64,000 bases of DNA from an uncultured Chloroflexia bacterium (lineage in GTDB: Bacteria > Chloroflexota > Limnocylindria > Limnocylindrales > CSP1-4). The DNA lies in contig CAVPPB010000001.1 of NCBI GenBank assembly GCA_963707215.1, positions 832,001 to 896,000 of the forward strand, in the 5' to 3' direction. A program made the position numbers and the translations under genes. Positions within the stretch are counted from its first letter, which is position 1. Each line of letters starts with the position of its first letter. The notes under the pieces are model-generated. The model searched no databases, was not told the DNA's origin, and saw only the letters and a list, made by a program, of their open reading frames with translations. Of this stretch, positions 39,474-49,352 are shown piece after piece.

Positions 39474-40644
39474 ATGACCGCTCCGACCGCGCGATCCGAC
39501 TCCCACCAGCAGGTCCTGCTGGCTCGTCTGGGTCTCGACGACCGGGCCACGCCCGAGGACGTCGAGGTCACCCATGACGAGCTCGTCGGCATTCCTGACG
39601 ACCGCACCGCGGTCGCTCCGCGCCTGGGCCCGTGTCCAGGCCGAGGCGGCCGACGAGGCCTTCGCTCTTCTCACGGACCCGGACGCACCCGGGATCCCCG
39701 GAGCCCTCTCGGGATCCAAGGGACGTGCGACGGTCCAGCCCGACGGGCCGGCGACACCTCCGGCCCGTCGGGCACCCTCGCCCGCACCGGAAGCGGCCGC
39801 CGTGGCCGCCGCGGCTGTCGCGGCCGAGGGCGCCATCGACGACGGGGCGGAGGAGCTCGAGGCGGACGAGGACGTCAGCTTCGAGGAACTCCTCGCCGAG
39901 GTCACCCCGGGCACCCACCGGGAGAGCCTGGCCCCGAAGGGCTCGAAGCCCAAGGCGAAGGGGAAGGGAGCCGCCGAGGCGGCCCCGGTCGCCGCGGCCA
40001 CCGTCGCGACGGGCCAGCCGGCCGGTGGCAGCTCCCGGGTCAAGCGCTTCGGCATCATCGGCGCCGTCGCCGTCGCGGCGGTCGTCGTGGTCGCCGGGGT
40101 CTACCAGCTCGGCGCGGCGTCGAACTCGCCCGGCAGCATCGCCTCTGCGAGCCAGCAGCCGCAGGCGAGCGCCGGCGTCGACCAGGCCCGGGTCTCCGAC
40201 CTGATGGCCAAGGTCCAGGCCGACCCGACCGATAGCGCCTCGATGATGCAGCTGGGTGACGTCTTCTACGTCGCCGGCGACTTCGGTGCGGCCGCCACCT
40301 GGTTCGGCAAGGCGCTGGCGGTCGACCCGACCGACAGCGACGCCCAGCTCGCCCTGGGGGCCGCCCTCTTCAACGCCGGCGATATGGAGGGTGCCGAGGC
40401 GGCCTGGATCGCCGTCGTCGAGCGCGAGCCCGACAACGTCGAGGCCCATTACGACCTCGGCTTCCTCTATCTGAACCAGGAGCCGCCGGACATGGACGGC
40501 GTCCAGCGCGAGTGGGGCAAGGTCGTCGAGCTGGCCCCCGACTCGGATGTCGCCCAGACGGTCAAGGCCCACCTCGACGCCTTCGAGAGCCCGGCGGCCA
40601 GCACGGCCCCGAGTGCCTCGCCTGAAGGATCCGTCGAGCCATGA
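39474..40644 (+). CDS. TPR protein, CcmI/NrfG-like (frameshift near 39590)
   Basis: Internal TM then TPRs (MQLGDVFY, ALAVDPTDSDAQLALG, EAHYDLGFLY); overlaps the ccdA start. Confidence 0.8.
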
Positions 40645-41369
40645 TCGAAGTCGGGATCCTGGTCGCGTTCCTCGGCGGGATCCTCTCGTTCGCTTCGCCC
40701 TGCTGCCTGCCGCTCGTGCCCGCCTACGTGGGCTACATGGTCGGCACGGCCACGGAAGGACCCGGCGCCCGGCGCCGCACGCTCCTCCACGGGCTAGCCT
40801 TCGTCCTCGGCTTCTCGGTCGTATTCGTGGCCTTCTGGGCCTCCATCGGGCTCGTCGGCTACGTGCTGGCCGATCAGGCCTGGATCCTGCGGCGGCTCGG
40901 CGGGGTCGTGCTCGTCGTCCTCGGCCTCCAGGTGGCCGGGGTCATCAACCTGCGGGCGCTCTGGCGCGACACTCGGCCGATGCCGGCGATGGCCGCCGGC
41001 CCCGGCCTGGGGACGGCCACGACGTCGGCTCCCGGCTACGGGCGGTCGCTCGCCTTCGGCACCTTCTTCGCCGCCGGCTGGAGCCCGTGCATCGGGCCCA
41101 TCCTCGGCGGGATCCTCGGCCTCGCGACGGTGACCGCCAGCGTCGCCCAGGGGACCGTCCTCCTGGTCGCCTACGCGGCCGGACTGGCGATCCCCTTCCT
41201 TGCCGTGGCCCTCGGTGCCGACTGGGTCGCCCACCGGCTCACCTGGGTCGGGCGTCACCACCGAGCCGTTTCCATCATCACCGGCGCCTCGCTCGTCGCG
41301 ATCGGCGTCCTGATGCTCACCGACACCCTGACCCGGCTGGCGGCCCTGACGTCGCCGCTGGGCATCTGA
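40641..41369 (+). CDS. ccdA: Cytochrome c biogenesis protein CcdA
   Basis: SFASPCCLPLVPAY and GWSPCIGPIL. Confidence 0.93.
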   Translation: MIEVGILVAFLGGILSFASPCCLPLVPAYVGYMVGTATEGPGARRRTLLHGLAFVLGFSVVFVAFWASIGLVGYVLADQAWILRRLGGVVLVVLGLQVAGVINLRALWRDTRPMPAMAAGPGLGTATTSAPGYGRSLAFGTFFAAGWSPCIGPILGGILGLATVTASVAQGTVLLVAYAAGLAIPFLAVALGADWVAHRLTWVGRHHRAVSIITGASLVAIGVLMLTDTLTRLAALTSPLGI

Positions 41370-41383
41370 CCGGAGGACATGCG

Positions 41384-42916
41384 ATGACCCAGCAGGCACG
41401 GACCGGCCGCCTCCCGGGCGACGCGTCCCCGGCCCCGGCCGAGGTCGAGCGCGATTCCGGGTTCGGGATCGACGACCTCCTGGAGCGCGCCTGGCACCTC
41501 CTCACCTCGATGAAGTTCGGGGTGTTCATCATCCTGATCCTGGCCGGCCTCGGGCTCATCGGCTCGATGATCATCCAGGCCCCACCGGGGATCGCCGCCG
41601 ACCCGGCCGCCAAGGCCGACTGGCTGGCCGAGATCGCCCCCAAGATCCTGCCCGGCATCGAGTTCCTGCAGTCGATCCCGATCGTGGGAGCGCTGGTCCC
41701 GACGGTCCGCTACGGCGACGTCTCGGGCACCTTCGACGCGCTCCAGATCTTCAGCATCTTCGACTCGATCTGGTTCCGGGCCCTGGGGGCGCTCCTGACG
41801 GCGAGCCTCATCGCCTGCTCGTCGCACCGGCTGCCGGGTCTCTGGAAGTCGGCCACCAAGCCGCACGTCGCCATCGGCGAGGCGTTCTTCACCCACGCCC
41901 CCCAGCATGAGTTCATCTCGGTCAAGGGGACGCCGGAGGAGATCCAGCAGCGGGTCACCTCGGTGATGAAGAAGCACCACTACCGGGTCGTCACCGAGGA
42001 CGACGGGGTGACCCACCTCTACGCCGACAAGTTCCGCTGGGGGCCCTTCGGGACGGTCATCGGCCACCTGAGCCTGGTCGTCATCCTGGCCGGCGCGATC
42101 GTCGGCTCGATGTTCGGTTTCCGGGACAACGGTTTCGTGGTGGCGGAGGGCTCGACGGTGCCGGTCGCCACGGATGACGGCATCTCGGTCGAGCTGATCC
42201 AGTTCCAGGACGCCTACTACACCGACACCGGCGCCCCGGCCGACTACGCCAGCGACGTCGTCGTCTACCAGGACGGTGCCGAGGTCGCCCGCCATACCGT
42301 CCGCGTCAACGAGCCGCTCCGCTACGGCGGCCTGTCGTTCTACCAGTCGTTCTACGGCCCGGCCGCGGCGATGAGCGTCGCCGACGCCGAGGGCACCGAG
42401 GTCTTCGCCGACGGCGTCCCGCTCGCCTGGAGCGATGGCGACTCCGGACGCCGCGTCGGCACCTTCGTCATCCCCGGCGCGAACCTGACCGTCTGGGTCA
42501 TCGGGACCGCCGGGACCGGTGACACGGTCGTCGCCCCGGGCCAGATGCGCGTCGAGGTCTACAACGGCAGCGACGGCAGCCCGGTGGCCGGCGAGACGAT
42601 CGACCAGGGTGACACGGTCGAGGTGGCCGGCTATGGCTTCACCTTCCAGCGGGAGATGCAGTTCACCGGCCTGTCGGTCGCCCGGGACCCGGGCACGCCG
42701 CTCATCTGGCTCGGTTCCGGTCTCATGATCGCTGGCTTCGTCCTGGTCCTGATGTTCCCCCACCGGCGGGTCTGGGGTCGCCTGGTCACCCGGCCGGGTG
42801 GCCGCGGGACCCTCTCCCTGGCCGGAGCAGGCCGACGCGACGTCGGCTCGAACACCGAGTTCACCGACCTGGTCACCGAGATCCGGGCGGCATCCACCAC
42901 GCCGACGGGAGGCTGA
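41384..42916 (+). CDS. resB: System II cytochrome c maturation protein ResB/Ccs1
   Basis: LTSMKFG, IFDSIWF, GHLSLVVIL, VRVNEPLRYGG..FYQSFY, FTGLSVARDPG. Confidence 0.9.
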   Translation: MTQQARTGRLPGDASPAPAEVERDSGFGIDDLLERAWHLLTSMKFGVFIILILAGLGLIGSMIIQAPPGIAADPAAKADWLAEIAPKILPGIEFLQSIPIVGALVPTVRYGDVSGTFDALQIFSIFDSIWFRALGALLTASLIACSSHRLPGLWKSATKPHVAIGEAFFTHAPQHEFISVKGTPEEIQQRVTSVMKKHHYRVVTEDDGVTHLYADKFRWGPFGTVIGHLSLVVILAGAIVGSMFGFRDNGFVVAEGSTVPVATDDGISVELIQFQDAYYTDTGAPADYASDVVVYQDGAEVARHTVRVNEPLRYGGLSFYQSFYGPAAAMSVADAEGTEVFADGVPLAWSDGDSGRRVGTFVIPGANLTVWVIGTAGTGDTVVAPGQMRVEVYNGSDGSPVAGETIDQGDTVEVAGYGFTFQREMQFTGLSVARDPGTPLIWLGSGLMIAGFVLVLMFPHRRVWGRLVTRPGGRGTLSLAGAGRRDVGSNTEFTDLVTEIRAASTTPTGG

Positions 42917-42926
42917 GGAGCGTTCC

Positions 42927-43811
42927 ATGTACAAGATGTCGGAATACGCGTTCATCGCCGCGATCCTGGCCACCGGCCTGGCGCTGCTTCTGTACCTCGC
43001 CTATGCCCTGTCCGGGCTGCGGGCGGCCAGGATGCAGACGGCCGGCACCGGCACGCGGACGGGAGTCCTGGCCTTCGCCGCGGGACCCCGGACCGCCGCC
43101 CTCGGGCGCTACGCCACGATCCTCGGCTGGCTGGGCTTCGCCTTCCTGACGGCCTGGCTCGTCTTCCGGACGTTCGCCACCGGTCACGGCCCCTTCGCCA
43201 ACATGTACGAGTTCAGCGTTTCGTTCGCCTGGGGCATCCTCGGCGCCTACTACTGGTTCGAGCACCGCTACCACCAGCGGATGCTGGGCCTCTTCGCCCT
43301 GCCGGTCGCCCTGGCCCTGATGCTCTACGCGATGACGATCCCGTCCGACGTGGAGCCGCTGGTCCCGGCCCTCCAGAACAACCTGCTCCTGTCGGTCCAC
43401 GTCGCGGTCGCGATCGTCGCCTACGGTTCGTTCACCATCGCCGCCGCGGCAGCCCTGCTCTACCTCATCCAGCCAGAGGGCGGCCGCTGGGGCCTGCCCA
43501 AGCCCGAAGTGCTCGACGAGATCGGCTACAAGGCCATCGTCGTGGGCTTCCCCTTCCTGACCGCGGTCATCGTCCTGGGCGCCATCTGGGCCGACGTGGC
43601 CTGGGGCCGCTACTGGAGCTGGGATCCCAAGGAGACGGCCTCGCTCGTCACCTGGCTCATCTACGGCGCCTACCTTCACGCCCGAGTCGTCCGCAACTGG
43701 CGCGGCAAGAAGTCCGCCTACCTGCTCCTCCTGGGCTTCGGGGCGACCCTCTTCACCTACTTCGGCAACCTCTGGTTCGGCGGCCTCCACAGCTACTCGG
43801 GGCTGGGCTGA
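42927..43811 (+). CDS. ccsA: System II cytochrome c synthase ResC/CcsA
   Basis: PFANMYE, PALQ, WGRYWSWDPKET, YLHAR, GLHSY. Confidence 0.93.
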   Translation: MYKMSEYAFIAAILATGLALLLYLAYALSGLRAARMQTAGTGTRTGVLAFAAGPRTAALGRYATILGWLGFAFLTAWLVFRTFATGHGPFANMYEFSVSFAWGILGAYYWFEHRYHQRMLGLFALPVALALMLYAMTIPSDVEPLVPALQNNLLLSVHVAVAIVAYGSFTIAAAAALLYLIQPEGGRWGLPKPEVLDEIGYKAIVVGFPFLTAVIVLGAIWADVAWGRYWSWDPKETASLVTWLIYGAYLHARVVRNWRGKKSAYLLLLGFGATLFTYFGNLWFGGLHSYSGLG

Positions 43812-43844
43812 GCCCCGGCACTGCTGGTCGCCAGGAGACTTGAC

Positions 43845-44453
43845 ATGGATGCGATGCGGATCCAGGCCCCGGCCTCGCGGGGCGGGCGCTTCGGCAGCGA
43901 GCGGCTGCGGACGATCGCGGTGCTGCTCGTCGTCGGGATCGCCCTCGTCGGGGTCGCCGTCGTCGTCGAGCAGCCCGGCGGACGACGGCTTCACCGGCGT
44001 CGACCCTGCCGGATGGCGCCGCGGCTGCCGCGCCGGCCGTCGGCGCGCTGGCCCCGGACTTCCAGACGACGACGATCGACGGCACGCCGGTCAGCCTGTC
44101 GCGACTACCAGGGCCAGCCAGTGTGGCTGACCTTCGGGGCGAGCTGGTGCCGCGGACTGCCGAGGTGAGGCACCGGACCTCCAGGCCACGTACGAGAAGT
44201 ACGCGGCGCAGGGGCTCTGGTCCTGTCCGTCTCGATCCAGGAGGACGAGCAGGCGGTCCGCGACTACGCCGAGCGGGTCGGCCTGACCTTCACCCAGATC
44301 GCCGATCCAAGGACGGTCATCGCCGGCCGTTACCGGATCATCGGCGTCCCGACCCACTACTTCATCTCGCCCGACGGGAACATCGAGGAGGTCCGCCTGG
44401 GCGGCCTGCCGCCGGCCGAGATGGAGAGCCTGGTCCAGACGATCGTCCAGTAG
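43845..44453 (+). CDS. ResA/TlpA-family thiol-disulfide oxidoreductase (several frameshifts)
   Basis: TM; APDF.TTIDG, VWLTFGASWC(AD)C, YRIIGVPTHYFI. Confidence 0.8.
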
Positions 44454-44462
44454 GGACGGAGC

Positions 44463-46337
44463 ATGACGATGAGCGGCGCGCCGCGCGAGCCCGGGCAGCC
44501 CGAGGAAGGGCAGCCGGTCGAGGCCGAGCCCTCGACGCCGGCGATCCAGCCCGGGCCCGAGGCCGTCCCGGAGACTGCGCCCGAAGCCGCGCCCGTCGGC
44601 GAGGCGGCTCCAGCCGAGGACGCCGCGGCGACGCCCGAGGTCGAGGCGACGGCCGGTGAGGCGAGTCCGACCGCCGGAACCGACGGCGACCAGGCGGACG
44701 GCGACCAGGTCGTGGCCGCCGCAGCCGCCGACGATGCCGCTCCGGACGGAGCCGCCGCCCCGCCGCCATCGCGCCGGAGCCGGATCCGCCGGTTCTTCCG
44801 GCTGCCGCGGTCTCGCCGCGCGCTCGGGGCGCTGATCCTGATCGGCGGCGCTTTCGGGATCGTCGGCATGATCGGCGGCTACCAGGTCATCCACTGGACG
44901 GAGACCGCCGACTTCTGCGGCCGCTGCCACACGATGGGACCCGAGCTGGCGGCCCACGAAGCCGGTCCCCACCAGCAGGTGTCCTGCGGCGAGTGCCACG
45001 TCGAGCCGGGCGTCCAGGGCTGGATCGCTGCGAAGATGAACGGCACCCGCCAGCTGGTCGAGATCATCCTGGGGACCTTCCCCGAGCCCATCCCGCCTCC
45101 CGAGCACGACGCCCTGCCGCCCGCCGAGAGCACCTGCCAGCACTGCCACGAGGTCGCCCGTCTGAACCCGTCGGGGATGCTCGCCCGGGTCCAGTACACC
45201 GAGGACGAGCCGAACACCCGTCAGTTCGTCGGCCTGATGGTCCGGCCGGCCAGCAGCGACGTCTTCGACACCAGCCGGGGCGTCCACTGGCACGTCATCC
45301 AGGACGTCGAGTACTGGACCGACGATCCGTTCGCCCAGGACATCGACCTCGTGGAGGCGACCCAGACCGACGGCAGCACCCGGACGTTCATCGCCCAGGA
45401 CCGGATCATGGTCGCCGAGGACGCCGACCCCGACGTCGAGGCGCTCAAGGCCGACCTCGACCAGGTCCGGATGAGCTGCTACGACTGCCACAATCGCGTC
45501 GGCCATCCGATCCCGAACCCGCGCGAGGGCCTCGATGCCTCGTTGTCCGCGGGGCGGATCGATCAATCCCTCCCGTACATCAAGCGCGAGGGGATGCGGA
45601 TCCTCTGGTCGAGCTACCCGACGGTCGAGGCTGCCGACGCCGAGGCCGAGAAGCTCTCCAACTTCTACGCTCTCTACTACCCCGAGGTCATGCGGACCAA
45701 GCCGTTCGCGGTCAATGCGGCGATCGACCAGATCCAGTTCCTCTATCGCCTGACAGCGACGCCCGAGATGAAGATCACCGCGCAGACCTACCCCGACTCG
45801 CTGGGTCACACTGACTACCCGGGTTGCTTCCGCTGCCACGACGGCGGCCACTTCCTGGTGGCCGACGGGGCGGTCACCCGGACGACCATCCCGTCGAGCT
45901 GCGACACCTGCCACACCTTCCCCCAGATCGGCGGGGCGGTGGCCAGCCTGCCCATCGGCATCCCGCCGGAGAGCCACGACGACACCCAGTACGTCTTCAG
46001 CCACCGCGACTACGCGACGTCCGAGGACCCGGGCGGGACGTCCTGCGGCGAGTGCCACGCCCGCGACTACTGCGTCAACTGCCACGAGACGGGCGCGGTG
46101 ACCGTGGAGCACGACCAGATGCTCATCAGCCACGCCGAGTCGATCCGGCAGTCGCCGACCGGCAGCGAGGCCTGCGCCTACTGCCACCAGCCGGCCTACT
46201 GCTCGCGCTGCCACACGGAGCCGGTGCTCCCCGGCAGCGCCCCCTGGACCGCTGCCGATCCGGGCGCGCTGCCCAAGGGCCCGCCGGGCCTCGAGTGGCC
46301 GCTCTTCGCCGTCCTGCCCGTCGCGACCTCGCCCTGA
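44463..46337 (+). CDS. NapC/NirT-family (ImcH-like) membrane decaheme quinol oxidase
   Basis: TM then WTETADFCGRCH; CGECH, CQHCH, CYDCHNR, LPYIKREG, GCFRCHDG, CDTCH; C-terminal CGECH/CVNCH and CAYCH/CSRCH pairs. Confidence 0.88.
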   Translation: MTMSGAPREPGQPEEGQPVEAEPSTPAIQPGPEAVPETAPEAAPVGEAAPAEDAAATPEVEATAGEASPTAGTDGDQADGDQVVAAAAADDAAPDGAAAPPPSRRSRIRRFFRLPRSRRALGALILIGGAFGIVGMIGGYQVIHWTETADFCGRCHTMGPELAAHEAGPHQQVSCGECHVEPGVQGWIAAKMNGTRQLVEIILGTFPEPIPPPEHDALPPAESTCQHCHEVARLNPSGMLARVQYTEDEPNTRQFVGLMVRPASSDVFDTSRGVHWHVIQDVEYWTDDPFAQDIDLVEATQTDGSTRTFIAQDRIMVAEDADPDVEALKADLDQVRMSCYDCHNRVGHPIPNPREGLDASLSAGRIDQSLPYIKREGMRILWSSYPTVEAADAEAEKLSNFYALYYPEVMRTKPFAVNAAIDQIQFLYRLTATPEMKITAQTYPDSLGHTDYPGCFRCHDGGHFLVADGAVTRTTIPSSCDTCHTFPQIGGAVASLPIGIPPESHDDTQYVFSHRDYATSEDPGGTSCGECHARDYCVNCHETGAVTVEHDQMLISHAESIRQSPTGSEACAYCHQPAYCSRCHTEPVLPGSAPWTAADPGALPKGPPGLEWPLFAVLPVATSP

Positions 46338-46362
46338 GCGAGGTCGAGGAAGGAGTCGTCCC

Positions 46363-46932
46363 ATGCGCGCCCCGTCTGCTCCCGGAACCGGTCGGCGACC
46401 TCTTGTCGTCGCCTGGTTGCCGATCTTCCTCGTCCTCGTCCTCGGCGGCGCCGTCGCCGGCTGCTCGGCGCAGCACGACGGCAGTGGTCCGCCGGTCAGC
46501 GCCATGCCGAGCCACACGCCCGAGGCCCACGCCTCGATGGCCCCGGACGAGGCCGGAGATGTCCCGACCGCGGACGAGGTCGCCGCGGCCTGGGCGATGC
46601 GCCCCGACTTCGTCTCGGGGGCGGACCAGCAGACCCAGGCGGCCTACGCCTTCGCCGTGGCCCGGCCCGACGTCGTCCAGTGGCTGCCCTGCTACTGCGG
46701 CTGCGGGGCGATGGGCCACCTGAGCAACCTCGACTGCTTCGTCAAGCCCACCGAGGGCGCGCCGGTCGTCTTCGAGGAGCACGGCTCCTACTGCGGCGTC
46801 TGCGTGGAGACGGCCCTGATGGCCCAGGACATGCTCGCCAAGGGCGCCACCCTGATCCAGATGCGGGCCGCCGTCGACATCGAGTTCGGCGACCTCGCCC
46901 CGGGTACTCCGACGGATCTGCCGCCCGGCTGA
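46363..46932 (+). CDS. PCYCGC-motif lipoprotein
   Basis: VAGC lipobox; WLPCYCGCGAMGHLSNLDCF, HGSYCGVC. Confidence 0.9.
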   Translation: MRAPSAPGTGRRPLVVAWLPIFLVLVLGGAVAGCSAQHDGSGPPVSAMPSHTPEAHASMAPDEAGDVPTADEVAAAWAMRPDFVSGADQQTQAAYAFAVARPDVVQWLPCYCGCGAMGHLSNLDCFVKPTEGAPVVFEEHGSYCGVCVETALMAQDMLAKGATLIQMRAAVDIEFGDLAPGTPTDLPPG

Positions 46933-47056
46933 GCCCCGCCCGGGCGCGATCCCGGATCCGAGCCGTTGCACCGGGGTGCGACACTGCACGGACCGGCCGC
47001 CCCCCGACGGATCGCCCCTGGTCCGACGGGTCGGCCGCGCGACGGAGGGCCCACCC

Positions 47057-47377
47057 ATGCCCAAGTACCTCTTCAAGGCGGCATACACGAGCGCCGGCGC
47101 TGCCGGTCTGCTCAAGGACGGCGGCTCGGGCCGCAAGGAGGCGGTCGAGGCCCTGGTGGCCAGCGTCGGCGGGACCGTCGAGTCGATGTACTGGGCGCTC
47201 GGCGCGGACGACTTCTTCCTCGTCGCCGACGTGCCGGATGCCGCGGCCGCCGCCTCGGCCAGCCTCACCGTCGGGGCCAGTGGTGCGGCCCGGGTCGAGA
47301 CCGTTCAGCTCCTCACGCCGGCCGACGTGGACGAGGCCGTCAAGCGGCGGGTGGAATACCGGGCCCCGGGCAGCTGA
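47057..47377 (+). CDS. GYD-domain protein
   Basis: MPKYLFKAAYT...R.EAVEALVASVGG.VES.YWALG..D...ETVQLLT. Confidence 0.85.
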   Translation: MPKYLFKAAYTSAGAAGLLKDGGSGRKEAVEALVASVGGTVESMYWALGADDFFLVADVPDAAAAASASLTVGASGAARVETVQLLTPADVDEAVKRRVEYRAPGS

Positions 47378-47504
47378 CCCCGGACCGAAGCGCGATCGGG
47401 CCGGCCGTACCAGCCGACGGCCGGCCTTCGCATGCCCCCCGCGCCCGGACCGGCCTCCCCGGGCGCGCGCCGGCCCGACGCGATCCGGGCTACGCTTGGC
47501 CACG

Positions 47505-48470
47505 ATGATCGTCGACGTCCAGACCCTGTCGCGCCGCTTCGGCAAGCTGGAGGCGGTCAAGGACGTCTCGTTCGGCGTCGCCGAGGGCGAGGTCTTCGGG
47601 TTCCTGGGCCCCAATGGCGCCGGCAAGACGACGACGATCAACATGCTCTGCACGCTGCTCACCCCCACTTCGGGCGGGGCGACCGTCAATGGCTTCGACA
47701 TCGTCCGCCAGCGAAGCGACGTCCGGCGCTCCATCGGCCTGGTCTTCCAGCAGCCGACCCTCGACGAGTACCTCACGGCTGAGCAGAACCTGCGCTTCCA
47801 CGGCTACGCCTACGGCATGCCGAAGAACGTCCGCGAGCCTCGCATGCGCGAGCTCCTCGAGATGGTCGAACTCTGGGACCGTCGCAAGAGCGACGTCCGG
47901 ACCTACTCCGGCGGGATGAAGCGCCGCCTGGAGATCGCCCGCGGACTCCTCCACCACCCGCGGGTGCTGTTCCTCGACGAGCCGACCCTGGGCCTGGACC
48001 CGCAGACCCGCCGCCGGATCTGGCAGTACCTCCTGGACCTCCGCGAGCGCGAGGGACTGACGATCTTCATGACGACCCACTACATGGACGAGGCCGAGTA
48101 CTGCGACCGGATCGCGGTCATCGACCACGGCGGGATCGTGGGACTCGACACGCCGCGAGCCCTCAAGGACGCCGTCGGGGGCGACCTCATCAGCCTTCGG
48201 GCCGCCGACGAGGAGGCGGCCGTCGCCGAGATCCGGGCCCGCTACGGGATCGATCCCCAGGTGACCGACGGGACCATCCGCTTCCACGTCCCCGACGGCG
48301 AGACCTTCCTGCCCGAGCTGGTCCGCACGTTCGGCCAGCCGATGACCTCGGTCGGTCTCCAGCGACCGACCCTCGACGACGTCTTCCTGACCCTGACCGG
48401 CCACGAGATCCGCGACGAGGAAGTGTCGGGCTACGACCAGATGCTCCGCCGCGGCCGGGGACCCCACTGA
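47505..48470 (+). CDS. ABC-2 (DrrA-like) exporter ATP-binding protein
   Basis: GPNGAGKTT, YSGGMKRR, FLDEPT, TTHYMDEA. Confidence 0.92.
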   Translation: MIVDVQTLSRRFGKLEAVKDVSFGVAEGEVFGFLGPNGAGKTTTINMLCTLLTPTSGGATVNGFDIVRQRSDVRRSIGLVFQQPTLDEYLTAEQNLRFHGYAYGMPKNVREPRMRELLEMVELWDRRKSDVRTYSGGMKRRLEIARGLLHHPRVLFLDEPTLGLDPQTRRRIWQYLLDLREREGLTIFMTTHYMDEAEYCDRIAVIDHGGIVGLDTPRALKDAVGGDLISLRAADEEAAVAEIRARYGIDPQVTDGTIRFHVPDGETFLPELVRTFGQPMTSVGLQRPTLDDVFLTLTGHEIRDEEVSGYDQMLRRGRGPH

Positions 48471-49264
48471 TGGCCGAGGACTGGCGCGGCGTCTGGGTCG
48501 TCGCCTACCGCGAGCTGCTGCGCTTCGTCCGCGACCGCTCCCGGCTCGTCTCGTCGTTCGCCTTCCCGCTGCTCTTCCTGGTCATCTTCGGGGCCGGCTT
48601 CTCGCAGACGATGGGCACGCTCGCGCCGGGCGTCGACTTCGTCCAGTTCATGTACCCGGGCATCATCGCGATGACCGTCCTGACGACCTCGCTCTTCGCC
48701 GGCATCAGCGTCGTCTGGGACCGCGAGTTCGGGTTCCTCAAGGAGGTCCTGGTCGCCCCGATGGGCCGGACGGGCATCACCCTGGGCAAGGCCTTCGGGG
48801 CCGTGGTGGTCGCCGGCATCCAGGTCGGGATCATGCTCGTGCTGGCACCGATCGTGGGGGTGCCCCTGGACCTGGCGACCATCGTCGCCCTCGTGCCGAT
48901 CGTCACGATCCTCTCGCTCGGGCTCGCCGGCCTGGGGATCCTGGTCGCCTCGTTCATGCGGTCCCAGCAGGGCTTCCAGCTGCTCATCCAGATCATCATC
49001 TTCCCGTTGATCTTCCTGGCCGGGGTCTTCTTCCCGGTCAACGCGGTCCCCCTCTGGCTCGAGGTCATCTCCAAGCTCAACCCGCTGACCTACGGCGTCG
49101 ACGCCATCCGCCAGGTCCTGCTGGGCCCCGAGGCGGCCCAGGCCGGTCTCGGGGTGACCGTCTTCGGCCACACCATGACCGTCGTCGAGGACGTCCTGGT
49201 CGTCGCCGCGCTCGGCTCGGTGCTCCTCGGCGCCGCGGTCTGGGCCTTCCGCCGCCAGGAGTAG
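48470..49264 (+). CDS. ABC-2 type exporter permease
   Basis: PGIIAM, DREFGFLKEVLVAP, NPLTYGVDAIR. Confidence 0.9.
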   Translation: MAEDWRGVWVVAYRELLRFVRDRSRLVSSFAFPLLFLVIFGAGFSQTMGTLAPGVDFVQFMYPGIIAMTVLTTSLFAGISVVWDREFGFLKEVLVAPMGRTGITLGKAFGAVVVAGIQVGIMLVLAPIVGVPLDLATIVALVPIVTILSLGLAGLGILVASFMRSQQGFQLLIQIIIFPLIFLAGVFFPVNAVPLWLEVISKLNPLTYGVDAIRQVLLGPEAAQAGLGVTVFGHTMTVVEDVLVVAALGSVLLGAAVWAFRRQE

Positions 49265-49352
49265 CCCCCGGCTGCAACGCTCGCGCCTCTCCGGCGTCCC
49301 CTCTCTGGCCGCACCTCGACGATGACGGCCGCCGAGCGTGAGGGAGCGAGCG

